In this document: piece after piece, positions 12,601 to 24,599 of the stretch
Layout: each line of letters begins with the position of its first letter
Position numbering within the stretch: position 1 is the first letter of the stretch
Assembly: GCF_963921235.1 (NCBI RefSeq)
Contig: NC_086108.1
Location: 10,044,001 to 10,108,000 of the forward strand
Length of the DNA stretch: 64,000 bases
Reading direction: 5' to 3'
Origin: Mobula hypostoma
Lineage: Eukaryota
Notes under the pieces: model-generated
Told to the model about the DNA's origin: nothing
Database searches by the model: none
What the model saw: the letters and a program-made list of their open reading frames with translations, nothing else
Made by a program: the position numbers and the translations under genes

Positions 12601-13890
12601 CCAAAGCCAGCATGGTTTCCTGAAAGGAAATTTCTGCTTGACTAACCTACTGCGATTTTTTGAGGAAATTACAAGCAAGGTAGACAAAAGAGATGCAGTA
12701 GATGTGCTGTACTTGGATTTTCAGAAGGCCTTTGACAAGGTGCCACACATGAAGCTGCTTAGTAAGATAAGAGCTCATGGAATTACAGGGAAGTTACCAG
12801 CATGGGTGGAGCACTGGCTGATCGGCAGAACACAGAGAGTGGGAATAAAGAGATCCTATTCTGGCTGGCTGCTGGTTACCAGTGGAGTTCCACAGGGGTC
12901 GGTGTTGGGACCGCTGCTTTTTATCATGTATGCCAATGATTTGGACTATGGGATTAATGAATTTGTGGCTAAATTTGCCGATGATACAAAGATAGGTGGA
13001 GGAGTGGGTAGTGTTGAGGAAACAGAGAGCCTGCAGAGAGACTTAGATAGTTTAGGGGAATGGGCAAAGAAATGGCAATGAAATACAATGTTGGAAAGTG
13101 TACGGTCTTGCACTTTGTTGCAAGAAATAAATGGGCAGACTATTACTTAGATGGGGAGAGAATTCAAAATGCAGAGATGCAAAGGGAATTGGGAGTTCTT
13201 GTGCAGGATACCCTAAAGGTTAACCTCCAGGTTGAATCGGTGGTGAAGAAGGTGAATGCAATGTTGGCATTTATTTCTAGAGGTATAAATATAAGAGCAG
13301 GAATGTGTTGTTGAGGCTCTATAAGGCACTCATGAGCCCACACTTGGAGTATTGTGTGGCGTTTTGGGTTCCTTCTTTTAGAAAGGATATACTGACATTG
13401 GAGAGGGTTCAGAGAAGACTTACGAGAGTGATTCCATGAATGAAAGGGTTATCGTATGAGGAACATCTGGCAGCTCTTGGGCTGTATTCCCTGGGGTTCA
13501 GGAGAATGAGGGGGGATCTCATAGAAGCATTCCGAATGCTAAATGGCCTGAACAGATTAGATATGGCAAAGTTATTTCCCATGATAGGGGAGTCTAAGAG
13601 GGCATGACTTTAGGATTGAAGGAAGTCCACTTAGAACAGAGATGCAGAGAAATTACTTTAGTCAGAGGGTGTTAAATCTGTGGAATTTGTTGCCACAGGC
13701 GGCTGTGGAGGCCAAGTCATTGGGTGCATTTAAGGCAGAAATAGATAGGTTCTTGATTAGCCAGGGCATCAAAGAGTATGGGAAAAGGCAGGGGGGTGGG
13801 GATGACTGGAAGAATTTGATCAGTCCATGATTGAATGGGGGAGCAGACTCGATGGGCTGAGTAGCGTACTTCTACTCCTATATCTTATGG
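9664..13890 (+). mobile_element. Near full-length degenerate CR1 LINE: 5'UTR, ORF1 (zinc finger + SGNH esterase), ORF2 (AP endonuclease + RT)
   Basis: ORF1 ATG ~9962 (VLCSGCQMWE...HICTRC), IVMGDSIVRG, VHVGTND; ORF2 YDVVAISETWL, VYRPP, IIGDFN, KSPGPDG, FADDTK; CR1 tail ending TCTTATGGTCTTA; several frameshifts and stops. Confidence 0.93.
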
Positions 13891-14029
13891 TCTTATATTC
13901 TAGTCCTCTTGAAATGAATGCTAACATTGCATTTGCCTTCCTCACCACAGACTCAACCTACAAATTAACTTTAGGGATCCTGCACGAGGACTCCGGAGTT
14001 TCCTTGCACCTCAGAATTTTGAATTTGTT

Positions 14030-14240
14030 CTCCCGTCAGACTCCTTTACTTCAGCCCTTTACCTCTTCCACCAGTCACCTCCCCTCTCACCTGGTCTCAC
14101 CTCTCACCTACCAGCTTGTATTCCTTCCCCTCACCTTATTCTGGCCTCTGCCCCCTTCCCTTCCAGTGCTAATGAGGGGTGTCTATTCCCTCTATTGATG
14201 TTGCCTGACTTAGAGTTTCTCCAGGTTTTGTGTGTGCTGG
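14030..14240 (+). mobile_element. Degenerate Penelope-like pseudo-LTR fragment
   Basis: Pyrimidine-rich body plus CCAGTGCTAATGAGGGG..GATGTTGCCTGAC..GAGTTTCTCCAG..GTGTGTG, homologous to 16010-16522. Confidence 0.65.
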
Positions 14241-14349
14241 CAATCATAAAACAGATTTCTTATTCAAATGAGATTTCTTATCCAACTGCATTTAAAAATG
14301 TGGTTTGATTTTTGTCTAGTCTCACAGAGGCAGATTACTGGGTTGCCAC

Positions 14350-14580
14350 AGGGCATCAGAGGTCAGAGTTCAATTCCGGAATTTTCTGTTAGTAAGACTG
14401 TATGTTCTCTCCGTGTGTACGTGGGTTTCCTCCCACAGTCTAAAGATGTACGGGTTAGTAGGCTAATTGGTCATTGTAAATTGTCCCGTGATTAGGCCAG
14501 GGTTAAATAGTGGGTTGCTGGGTGACGTGGTTCAGAGGGCTGGAAGGGCCTGTTCTACATTATACTTAAAATAAAAGAAA
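14350..14580 (+). mobile_element. V-SINE fragment
   Basis: GTTCAATTCC B-box; GGGTTTCCTCCCACAGTCTAAAGATGTACGGGTTAGTAGG. Confidence 0.75.
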
Positions 14581-14892
14581 ATTACTATTTCAAGGAGCCT
14601 ATGCCTCTGATCTTTGTTTCATTATCCCTTTGTCATTTCTAGTTTAACCTGGGCTGGAGTGGTAAAATTTAGCTCATAAAAAGGAATAGGGTGTCAGCGT
14701 GAATCAACCATTAATCCTGTACAATTTGATTCTCCCAACAGTCGGGTATCTTGGATTTCAAACACCACCCGACTGCTCCATCTTATACAGGGACACATCC
14801 ACCCTCCGCGTGGTGGTGTGCCCCCACTGTGAAACTGACAAAGCAGTAATCACCATGTGTCGTGTTACACAGTGAGATGTCCGCCCTCCTCT

Positions 14893-14997
14893 GAAGGCAG
14901 GGGGATGACTGGAAGAATTGGATCAGCCCTTGATTGAACGGCAAAGCAGACTTGATGGGCTGAATAACTTACTTCTGCTCCTATATCTTGTGGTCTT
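14893..14997 (+). mobile_element. Isolated CR1 3' tail, same subfamily as 13786-13890
   Basis: AAGGCAGGGGGATGACTGGAAGAATTGGATCAGCC...CCTATATCTTGTGGTCTT. Confidence 0.85.
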
Positions 14998-15340
14998 AAC
15001 AGTTATTACCCCTCAGTCATCAGGCTCTTGAACCAAAGGGGATAGTTTCACTCAACTTCACTCATCCCATTATTGAAATGTTCCCACAACCAGTGGACTC
15101 ACTTTCAAGGACTCTTCATCTCATGTTCTTGATGTCTAATGCTTATTTGTTTACTATTATTATTTCTTATTTTGCATTTACACAATTTGTTGTCTTCTGC
15201 AGTCTGGTTGAATGTCCTAGTTTAGCAGTCTTTTGTTGATACTGTTATGGTTATTATTCAATAGATTTATCGAAAATTAATCTCAGGGTTGTATATGGTG
15301 GCATATATGTAGTTTGATAATAAATTTAATTTGAACTTTG
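14998..15340 (+). mobile_element. Rex1/Babar LINE, right half (3' UTR) of the element split at 9663
   Basis: AACAGTTATTACCCCTCAGTCATCAGGCTCTTGAA, collinear with 52147-52460; GATAATAAA..TTGAACTTTG tail. Confidence 0.85.
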
Positions 15341-15611
15341 AGGTTTGTTGAAATCTATTTGTAAAGTGAAACCACTAATAGCTCTGCCTTTAGTACAGAT
15401 GTTCTGTTGCCAGCCAAGGCCTCTCACATTATTTTCCTCTTCCAACGTAAACGTGATCTGTGACTACAATTGCTAGTCATTAGACTGAACTTCATCATCT
15501 TAATAGCCTTATTTTTTGAATGCTTGAAAATTCCTTGAAAACTCTGAATATATCTCATCAAATCCTTCAACTCAATCACCCAAATCTTTTCAGGTAGCTG
15601 CTATTCTCAAA

Positions 15612-15895
15612 TGATAGTGGCGTGGTTAGTACAATGCTTTGTAGTATCGGTGACCTGGATTCAAATCCCACAGCTGCCTGCATGGAGTTTGTATGTTCTC
15701 CTCATGACTGTGTGGGTTTCCTCTGGGTGCTCTGGTTTCCTCCCACAGTACAAAGATGTACTGGTTGGTAGGTTAATGAGTCATTGTAGGTTGTCCTGTG
15801 ATTAGGCTAATATTAAATGGGGGGATTGCTGGGTGGTGAGGCTCAAAGGGCTGGAAGGGTCTGTTCTGTGCTGTATCCCAATAATTAAATAAAAT
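15612..15895 (+). mobile_element. V-SINE
   Basis: GTGGTTAG..GGATTCAAATCC; GGGTTTCCTCTGGGTGCTCTGGTTTCCTCCCACAGTACAAAGATG. Confidence 0.8.
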
Positions 15896-15994
15896 ACTTA
15901 GAATTGATCTACTCCTGTTGCTGCTGAGCGATATTGTGACAACCCATAATGCGACAGAAGATGTCTTTCTGATATTTCTGAGGAAAACTTTGTC

Positions 15995-16522
15995 GTGATG
16001 ACGCCACACTCAGGTTGGAGGAACAACACCTTAGATTCCGTCTGGGTAGCCTCCAACCTGATGGCATGAACATTGGTTTCTCTATCTTCTGTTAATGCCC
16101 CTCCTCCCCTTCTTACCCCATCCCTATTTATTTATTTATTTATTTCTCTCTTTCCCTCTCACAATAACTCCTTGCCTCTTTTCCATCTTCCTCTGGTGCT
16201 CACCTCCCCCTTTCTTTCTTCCAAGGCCTTCCGTCCCATGATACTCCCCCTTCTCCAGCCTTGTATCCCTTTTGCCAATCAACTGTCCAGATCTTGGCTT
16301 CATCCCTCCCCCTCCTGTCTTCTCCTATCATTTTGGGTCTCTCTCTCCCCCTCCCACTTTCAAAGCTCTTAATATCTCTTTTTTCCATTAGTCCTGACGA
16401 AGGGTCTCGACCTGAAACATCGACTGTACTTCTTCCCATAGAAGCTGCCTGGCCTGCTGCGTTCACCAGCATTTTGTGTGTGTTGCTTGAATGTCTAGCA
16501 TCTGCAGATTTTCTCATGTTTG
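15995..16522 (+). mobile_element. Penelope-like element 3' end: GIY-YIG C-terminal remnant plus pseudo-LTR
   Basis: TLRLEEQHLRFRLGSLQPDGMNI coding remnant, pyrimidine-rich UTR, hammerhead motif. Confidence 0.85.
16390..16425 (+). ncRNA. Minimal type I hammerhead ribozyme motif
   Basis: AGUC-CUGACGA-A-GGGU(CUCG)ACCU-GAAA-C-AUC-GACU: helix I AGUC/GACU, intact core, helix II, AUC triplet. Confidence 0.8.
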
Positions 16523-17084
16523 TGCCAGAAAATTCAGTGACAGCTGTTTGCCACCTGGGTAGAATATAGACTATGTGAGATAATAAAAGTGTGTACCACT
16601 CAAATTGATGACTGCTTTGCAATTTCTTCATCGCTCTGTCTCTTCACTGGAATCTGACTGAATTTCCCACTCCTAGTAAATTATGGTCCCCCCTTTCAAA
16701 GCCACTGTGGATTTTGAACTTAATAATATTTTAAAAAATTGTCAGATGTTTATTGAAATTGTTCTGATGGGAGTGGGGAGGGTCAAAAGAGATCAGCCGC
16801 AATGTGTGAACATGTTGCCAATGTTTTTGGCACCAGAGAATTTAAATGCAGCCCTGTCATCGAGGGTCAAAGGAAGGTGAATATTATTTGTTTGAAGGGT
16901 TTTAATGAGTATCCCCAGTCAGGTGGTTCCTGTAATCCCCCATTGAAAATGAGTGATTGACAGTGACGGCAGCTAATTCTGCAATGACTCCAGTTACCAG
17001 AGGCAAATTGCTCCCTTTTTTCATTCTCTTTTCTTTGAAAACTGAACCCAAGAAGAAAAAAACTCTCTAGGATTTAGGATCCCC

Positions 17085-17722
17085 AGAGTGAGGACTGATA
17101 TTTCCAATAGTGGGAGAAGCTAGGACATGAGGGCACAACCTCACAACAGAAGAAAGATGTCCCTTTGGAACAGAGATGAGGAGGAATTTCTTTAGCCAGA
17201 GGGTGATGAATAGAACATAGAACATAGAATAGTACAGCACAGTACAGGCCCTTCGGCCCACAAGGTTGTGCCGACCCTCAAACCCTGCCTCCCATATAAG
17301 CCCCCACCTTCGATTCCTCCATATACCTGTCTAGTAGTCTCTTAAACTTCATGTGGAATTCATTGTCACAGACATGTATGAATGCTTGATGCCTTTGGGC
17401 CCGTACTCGCTGGATTTTAGATGAATGGGAGGGGGGGTGGAATTGCATTGAAACTTATCGAATATTGAAAGGCCTAGACAGAGTGGGAGTGGAGAGGATG
17501 TTTCCTATAGTGGGAGAGTCTAAAACCAGAGCGCACAGCCTCACAATAGAGGGATGTCCATTTAGATTGGAGATGAGGAGGAATTTCTTTAGCCAGAGAG
17601 TCGCGAATCCGGAATTCATTGCTAGAGAGGGCTGTAGAGGCCAAGTCATTGGGTATACTTAAAGGGGAGGTTGGTAGGTTCCTGATTAATCCGGGCATCA
17701 AAGGTAACGGAGTGAAGGCAGC
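17085..17722 (+). mobile_element. Two CR1 3' fragments, the first interrupted by an antisense young CR1 tail
   Basis: MKGLDRVGVERMFPIVGESKTRAHSLTIEG...RRNFFSQRV. Confidence 0.8.
17210..17351 (-). mobile_element. Short 3' tail insertion of the young CR1 family (as 6187-7828)
   Basis: Close reverse complement of ~7673-7815, including the (TTCTATG)n tail. Confidence 0.9.
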
Positions 17723-18994
17723 AGTGAACAACGCTACCAAATTCTGATGGTCTCCTGATGGTCCATGAAACAATTTCTTTCACTTATATCATGTCTTTTT
17801 TTTCTTTGAAATGTGGTTCTGGTACTGCTGTAGCCTGCGATCTACAGTTTAACGATGTGTTTTTGGATCAGTTGAGTGATCTGGTGCTTTGTTATCTCTG
17901 AGGTGCTCATGGGGGTGGGAGGTGAATGGCCTTGAAGCCAAGAAGCTTTGAGACAGGGTGTGAGCCCACAATGGACTCCATTTCTCATGGGTCTTGTTTT
18001 TTTAAAGTGTTGAGGAAGGTTGAAACATCGAGGCGAGTGCAAAAGATGAGTGAGTGTTCAGTGCCATCACCCAGCCTCTCACTCGCTGCTCCTGAGGGAA
18101 GTCCCTGCATTCGAATAGTCTCTCCAACTACCTCGATGTGGTTGCAGGATGATATTAAAGTTCTGGGTCTGTGGTTTGTGGATTGGGCTAATGAACATGG
18201 AGCTGAACTGAATGTGGACTCTTTCGATTAGTGTTTTATTTTCTGAGTTTTCGCTCATTCCTTCTGGCTGCCATTTGCATGACTTTTTTGTGCTTGGTGG
18301 GTGAGGTTAATAATCTTGTTGCCGTTTGCAAAATTTGTTTTTTTTTGTGCTTGGGGGTGAGTGGGGTGATAGAGTGGGGTAGGTGAGTGGGGACAGAGGA
18401 GGGGAGGTGAGTGGGGGATGGAGAGTGGGGGACGGGGCATAGAGTGGGCGTGAGTGGGGGGTGAGTGGGGGGGATGAGTGGGGAATAGTTGGAAGATCAT
18501 TAGTGGAGAAATGATAAATGGAGGCAGAGAGAGGAAAAATAACAATAAGATAATAGCAGAGAAAGCTTGTGGGAAGGGAGCAAATGCATGTGTGTTCTTC
18601 TCTCTATCTGTACGCCTCCATGTATCATTCACCTTCCACAGTCCCGACTCTATCTCCCACACCTGGTGGAACCTGTCGATTATCCTGCTCCCCTCCTCAC
18701 TCCACCGATCACCTCTGAGCCCTGTCTTGCCTCACCCCTCGACTCCTTATTCCAGCCATCTCTTCTCTCCACTCCCGTCTTGAAGAACTGAAGTGTTGAC
18801 TGTTCCTTTCCTCCCGCAGATGCTGAGCTCCCTGCTGAGCTTTTTCCAGCAGATTGTGTGCTGCTGCAGGTTACGGGTTCCCATCCTGGGCTCCACGGAC
18901 CCCTCGGTTAATGGGAAGGCTCCGTCACATAAATAAGGTTGGGGACTCCTGCTCCAGGTCGTGGGCAATTGCCTGCTGACTCACTTACTCTGAG

Positions 18995-19975
18995 CACCGT
19001 AAGATACAGGAGCAGAATTTGGTCATTTGTCTTATCATAGTCCAGCTACCATTCAATCACGGCTGATTTATTATTCTTCTCAACCCCATTCTCTTGCCCT
19101 TTTCCCCCATGACCTTTGAACCTCTGCCTCAAATATGCCCAATGAATTGGACAATGAATTCCACAGATACTCCACCATCTGGCCAAAGAAATTCCTCCTC
19201 ATCTCTATTCTAAATAGAGGCCCTCTGTTTTGAAGCTGTGCTCTCGGGTCCTATACACCCTCACTATATGAAACATCTTCTCCGTGGATTGTCACCTTGT
19301 CACAGTGGAGAAGCTTGTGTGGTCCTGTGATCCCGAGAGCAATGTCATCTGGAGCTATGCTCCTGGTAGGGTCACCCATGGCAGTAAGGTCGAGGGTGAG
19401 GTCCCTGACAAAGAACAATCCAACTAAGACCTCTACGGTGGAACAGGCGGACGAAGTTACTTTGAACTCAACGGCTGTGAAGGCGGATGAAGGCTGCAAC
19501 AAATCCATCAGCTCCAATCATCGTGGTTTCCATGCCTTTGGAATCAGTTGGTTGATTTGTGAAGTATCGTGGAGTGCAACATCAAGTACACGTTAAACAA
19601 ATACACACACAGGCATCTTCACTCTGCGGGCCACTTCTTCAGAACGAAGACCATCATCCTCAACCTCGAGGGATAGCCACGACGATATGAAAATCCTCCC
19701 CATGCCCACTCTATCTCAGTCTTTCAATATTGAATAGGTTTCAATGAGATCCCCTCCTCATTCTTCTAAACTCCAGTGAGTACAGGTCCAGAGACATCAA
19801 ATGCTCCTCATACATTAACCCTTCTGTTCCTGGGATTATTCTCATAAACCTCCTTTGGCCCCTCTCCAATGCCAAGCACATCTTTTAGATAAGGGGCCCA
19901 AAACTTCTCTCAATACTTCAGCATTGCATCCTTGCTTTTATATTCTCGCCCTCTTGAAATGAATGCTAACTACTT
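18995..19975 (-). mobile_element. CR1 3' fragment interrupted by an RTE-derived element
   Basis: Antisense CR1 3' end and ORF2 C-terminal motifs. Confidence 0.75.
19281..19686 (+). mobile_element. RTE-clade (Expander/Rex3-like) 5'UTR-derived non-autonomous element
   Basis: CACCTTGTC..GTGGAG..CTCCTGGTAGGGTCACCCATGGCA..GGTCCCTGACAAAGA; imperfect TSD TATGAAACATCTTC / TATGAAAATCCTC. Confidence 0.65.
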
Positions 19976-20370
19976 ACTACTGACTAACGAAGGCAAATGC
20001 TATGTAAAGCAAAATCTTGTTTCAAAATAATTTGCAGATATTAAGCTAATGTTCAGTTTTCTCTCAGCTTAATAAACTAATATCCCTGGCAATTCTAAGC
20101 CTTCTGTGTTAACCCTTGTGTCCATGTGAATCTTTGATTTAAAGGTTTTCCTATCTCATCGAATAATCCAAATTTCTGAAGTTCAAAGTAAATTTATTAT
20201 CAAGGTAAGTGTACATCACTTTTCACAACCCTGAGATTCATTTTCTTTCAGTTATTCACAGTAGAACAAAGAAATGCAATAGAATTTATGAAAGACTACA
20301 CACATAGACTGAGAATTGCCAATTTGCAAAAGAAGACAAAGACAATAAAAAAGATAATAATAATAATAAT

Positions 20371-21912
20371 ACTCACCTTCTATACATAGATAATTTGAAA
20401 TTATCTGCTCCTTCATCAGTAAAGCTAAAGCAATTAATTCAAATAGTAAAACTATTTTTGAAAGATACAAACATGAACTTTGGACTAGATAAGTGCAGAA
20501 CATTAAACAGAAAGAAAGGTGCAATGGAGCTAATAGAATACAAAACAGAGCAGCAGGATACGACACAGCCAATGGATGAATATGAAACATAAATATCTGG
20601 GATATCAACAAGCAAAGAAAATAGATTGTAGTATGATAAAGGGAAAACTTTCATCAAAATTTACTTCCAGGCTTACAAAAAATCTGCCAAACAGCTCAAC
20701 AGTAAAAATATAACAAAGGCAATAAACACTTTCACTATACCCATATTAACGTAATCGTTTGGCTTAATATCATGGTCCGAAACCGATCTGGGTTATCTAC
20801 AAAGAAAAATAAGAACTGAAATGACAAATTTTAGAAAAGACTATGTATACTCAAATGTGCTGAGACTAACACTGCCTAGGACAGAAGGAGGAAGCATGAT
20901 AACAGACAAAACATTTACACAATAGTCAGATAAAACTTCACAGGATATACTTCCATCAATGAAAATAGGAATCAGCACTCCACACGAGCATATTCAATTC
21001 TGATAAAAAAGTACACATCACTGAACTTAAATGAAAGCAGAACCCAGAAAGATGAAGAAATTTTCACTATAGAAGAAAATGTTAACCATTGGAAGAGCAT
21101 AACCCTCCATAGAAGACATCCCATGATCTGAGCAGACTAGATGTCGACAAGGAAGTGTCGAATGCCTGGCTCAGAGTTGGAGACCTTTTCCCAGAAACAG
21201 AAGAGGTTCCTTGTGGCAACACAGGACGAGGTGGTTAACACAAAAAAACGATCAAAAGTACATAATAAAAGACCAACAAATTCAAGTTGATAGATACAGA
21301 AAATGCCAAGAGAAACCAGAAACAATCCGGCACATTCCAGGATCCTGCAGCAGTTTAACTCGATCTGATCACTTGCTCAGGCACAATCAAGTGGCAAACA
21401 TTGTCTTGTTTTAAAATACAAACTCATAAAAGACACCAAATAAGCCTGATCCAGTTTTAGAGCCAGAGTCCTACTAATTATATTATGACCGATCAATTAT
21501 TACAGATAGGAAAATCCATAATAACTGTCCCAATATAATATTAAGGATAAACAAGAACAATTTAATAGATATAACCATTCCAAGTATAACAAATTAAAAT
21601 GAATAAGTCAAAGATACCAGAAATATGCTGAACCAAAAGAGGAAATGGAAAGACAATGGAACGTGAACAGGGTATACATTGTCCCAATAGTAATATCTAC
21701 AGCTGCTATCATCCCAAAGTCACTGCACAATAACATAAACAATTAGAGCTATACACCAATGTCTATATAAATATTCAGAAAGCCACAATACTAAACACCA
21801 CTAGAACAGTCTGAAAGTTCCTAGCAATTGAGAAATGAGTGTGCTTGGCTATGCCTGTATCTCAGGTTTTACCAGCTTGAGTTGAGAAAAATATAATAAA
21901 AATAATAATAAG
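20371..21912 (+). mobile_element. 5'-truncated R4/Dong-clade non-LTR retrotransposon (RT + CCHC + restriction-like endonuclease), degenerate
   Basis: LYIDNLKL...MNFGLDKC; LPRTEGG; SNAWLRVGDLFPETE..ATQD; RKCQEKPETIRHIPGSC..RHNQVA; QKATILNT; TAA repeats at both junctions. Confidence 0.85.
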
Positions 21913-22176
21913 TAAAAATATAGATAGATAGATAGACAAACTAATAGACAGATAATAAATAAATAATACTGAGAACATGAGCTGTAGAGTCCACAAAAGT
22001 GAGTCCATAGTTTGTGAAATCAGTTCAGAGTTGAGGTGATAATGATGCAGAAGGAAGCTGTTCATTGCCCAGGTGTGTGACTCCATTCGGCCCATTCCCC
22101 TCTCTCATTCGCTTGTACCCTCTGTAACTTATCCTCTCTCACACTTGCCCATCAATCCCCTTTGACCATCGTTAAC

Positions 22177-23210
22177 TTGACTGGGGTACCGCAAGGCTCA
22201 GTGCTGGGACCCCAGTTGTTTACAATATATATTAATGACTTGGATAAGGGAATTAAATGCAGCATCTCCAAGTTTGCGGATGACACGAAGCTGGGTGGCA
22301 GTGCTAGCTGTGAGGAGGATGCTAAGAGGATGCAGGTGACTTGGATAGGTTGGGTGAGTGGGCAAATTCATGGCAGATGCAATTTAATGTGGATAAATAT
22401 GAAGTTATCCACTTTGGTGGCAAAAATAGGAAAACAGAATATTATCTGAATGGTGGCCGATTAGGAAAAGGGGAGGTGCAGCGAGACCTGGGTGTCATTA
22501 TACACCAGTCATTGAAAGTGGGCATGCAGGTACAGCAGGCGGTGAAAAAGGTGAATGGTATGCTGGCATTTATAGCGAGAGGATTCGAGTACAGGAGCAG
22601 GGAGGTACTACTGCAGTTGTACAAGGCCTTGGTGAGACCACACCTGGAGTATTGTGTGCAGTTTTGGTCCCCTAATCTGAGGAAAGACATCTTTGCCATA
22701 GAGCGAGTACAAAGAAGGTTCACCAGATTGATTCCTGGGATGGCAGGACTTTCATATGAAGAAAGACTGGATGAACTGGGCTTGTACTCGTTAGAATTTA
22801 GAAGATTGAGGGGGGGATCTGATTGAAACGTATAAAATCCTAAAGGGATTGGACAGGCTAGATGCAGGAAGATTGTTCTCGATGTTAGAGAAGTCCAGAA
22901 CAAGGGGTCACAGTTTGAGGATAAAGGGGAAGCCTTTTAGGACCGAGATTAGGAGAAACTTCTTCACACAGAGAGTGGTGAATCTGTGGAATTCTCTGCC
23001 ACAGGAAACAGTTGAGGCCAGTTCATTGGCTATATTTAAGAGGGAGTTAGATATGGCCCTTGTGGCTACGGGGGTCAGGGGGTATGGAGGGAAGGCTGGT
23101 GCAGGGTTCTGAGTTGGATGATCAGCCATGTTCATAATAAATGGCGGTGCAGGCTCGAAGGGCCGAATGGCCTACTCCTGCACCTATTTTCTATGTTTCT
23201 ATGTTTCTAT
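22177..23210 (+). mobile_element. Young 5'-truncated CR1 LINE
   Basis: [41 protein letters not shown]; (TTTCTATG)n tail. Confidence 0.95.
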
Positions 23211-23330
23211 ATGGGGAGAAGGCAGGAACTGGATACTGATTGTGGATGATCAGCCATGATCACAGTGAATGGCGGTGCTGGCTCGAAGGGCTGAATGGCC
23301 TACTCCTGCACCAATTGTCTATTGTCTATT
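23211..23330 (+). mobile_element. CR1 3' tail of a different subfamily, directly abutting the preceding CR1
   Basis: GATCAGCCATGATC..GAATGGCGGTGCTGGCTCGAAGGGCTGAATGGCCTACTCCTGC; (TTGTCTA)n tail. Confidence 0.85.
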
Positions 23331-23733
23331 GTTAACATAGATCTACACCCAGGGCTCATTTACGTGGGCAAGTAACCTACTGGCATGTGGAATGAATGTG
23401 GAGCACCTGGGGGAAGCCATGTTGTCACTAGGAGACTGAGCAAGTTTCTCACGGGTGGTGCTGGATGTTGAGATTGAACTGTATCTATGGCGCAGTAAGG
23501 AAGCAATGGTTGTCTTCATTATTTCCACATCTGTAAGCTTCACACCAGCATGGAATTCCACAGCACCCTAGTGTGCTAGTTGTCCGTCGTATCTGACAAT
23601 GACAGGACTCTTGTGCAGGCAAGTGTTTGAAGTGGGAAGGCCATTGTACTGGGGCAGTGCCACTCTCTCAGCCTTGGAAGCCTGGGTCCATGGTATGAAC
23701 AAGCGTCACAAACTACAGCCCTCCTTGGCTAAT

Positions 23734-24070
23734 TCCATCATGAAGGACCCCCATCACCCAGGCCATGCTCTCTTCTCATTGCTTCCATCAGGAGGGAGGT
23801 ACAGGAGCCTGAAGGCACACACTCAACAATTCAGGAACAGTTTCTTCCCTCCCAATCCGATTTCTGAATGAACATTGAACCAGTGAACACTACCTCACTA
23901 ACATCATATTTCTGTTTTTGATGACTTATTTACGGTAATTTAATTAATATGTAAATGCACTGTAATTTACAGTTTTTTTTCTCTATTATTATGTATTGCA
24001 TTGTACTGCTGCTGCAACATTAACAAGCTTCATGATGTATGTCAGTGATATTAAACCTGATTTGCATTCT
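23734..24070 (+). mobile_element. Rex1/Babar 3' fragment
   Basis: IMKDPHHPGHALFSLLPSGGRYRSLKAHTQQFRNSFFP; GATATTAAACCTGATT tail. Confidence 0.8.
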
Positions 24071-24599
24071 AGTTGTAATGAATGAGCATGACGTTTTCAG
24101 TGCCTTGTCGTGCCCTTCGCTTTCCACAGAGCGTTGCAATATCAGCTTCCTGGCTGTTGGATCTGACTGTAGATCTCAACCGCCCAGTCCGCTGGAGCTG
24201 ACTTTGCTTGCTAGGACCAGAGTATGAGGCCCACCGTCATCTGCTTGGCCCACCTGTCGAAGCGGTGTACTGGGGTGTGGCCGCTGTCGCATGCAGACAG
24301 CTACTTGGAGCCACAGGTGAGGGCTGAGTGTCTGGTGGGGACCAAAGGTGAGTGAGCTGCCCCAGAATGGACACGATAATCCCCTTCACTAGAGGGGCTA
24401 CCCCTCCCTGGACACACCAGACTACCCAATCTGCTGTATATGAAAATATAAACTTATCGGAAAACAAAGTGTTGTCTCTTTGAGCCTCGTTGACACTAGT
24501 TATTCAAATGCTGAGTGAATCAGACATAGAGTCTGAAATATTATTTTTACCTTCTTTGACCCTGTGAGAGAAACCTCAGTAGAATACTAACAATACACT

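Noticed and set aside
14742..14880. Possible exon after the TTCTCCCAACAG acceptor
   Set aside because: All frames stop within about 45 codons and no peptide is recognisable.
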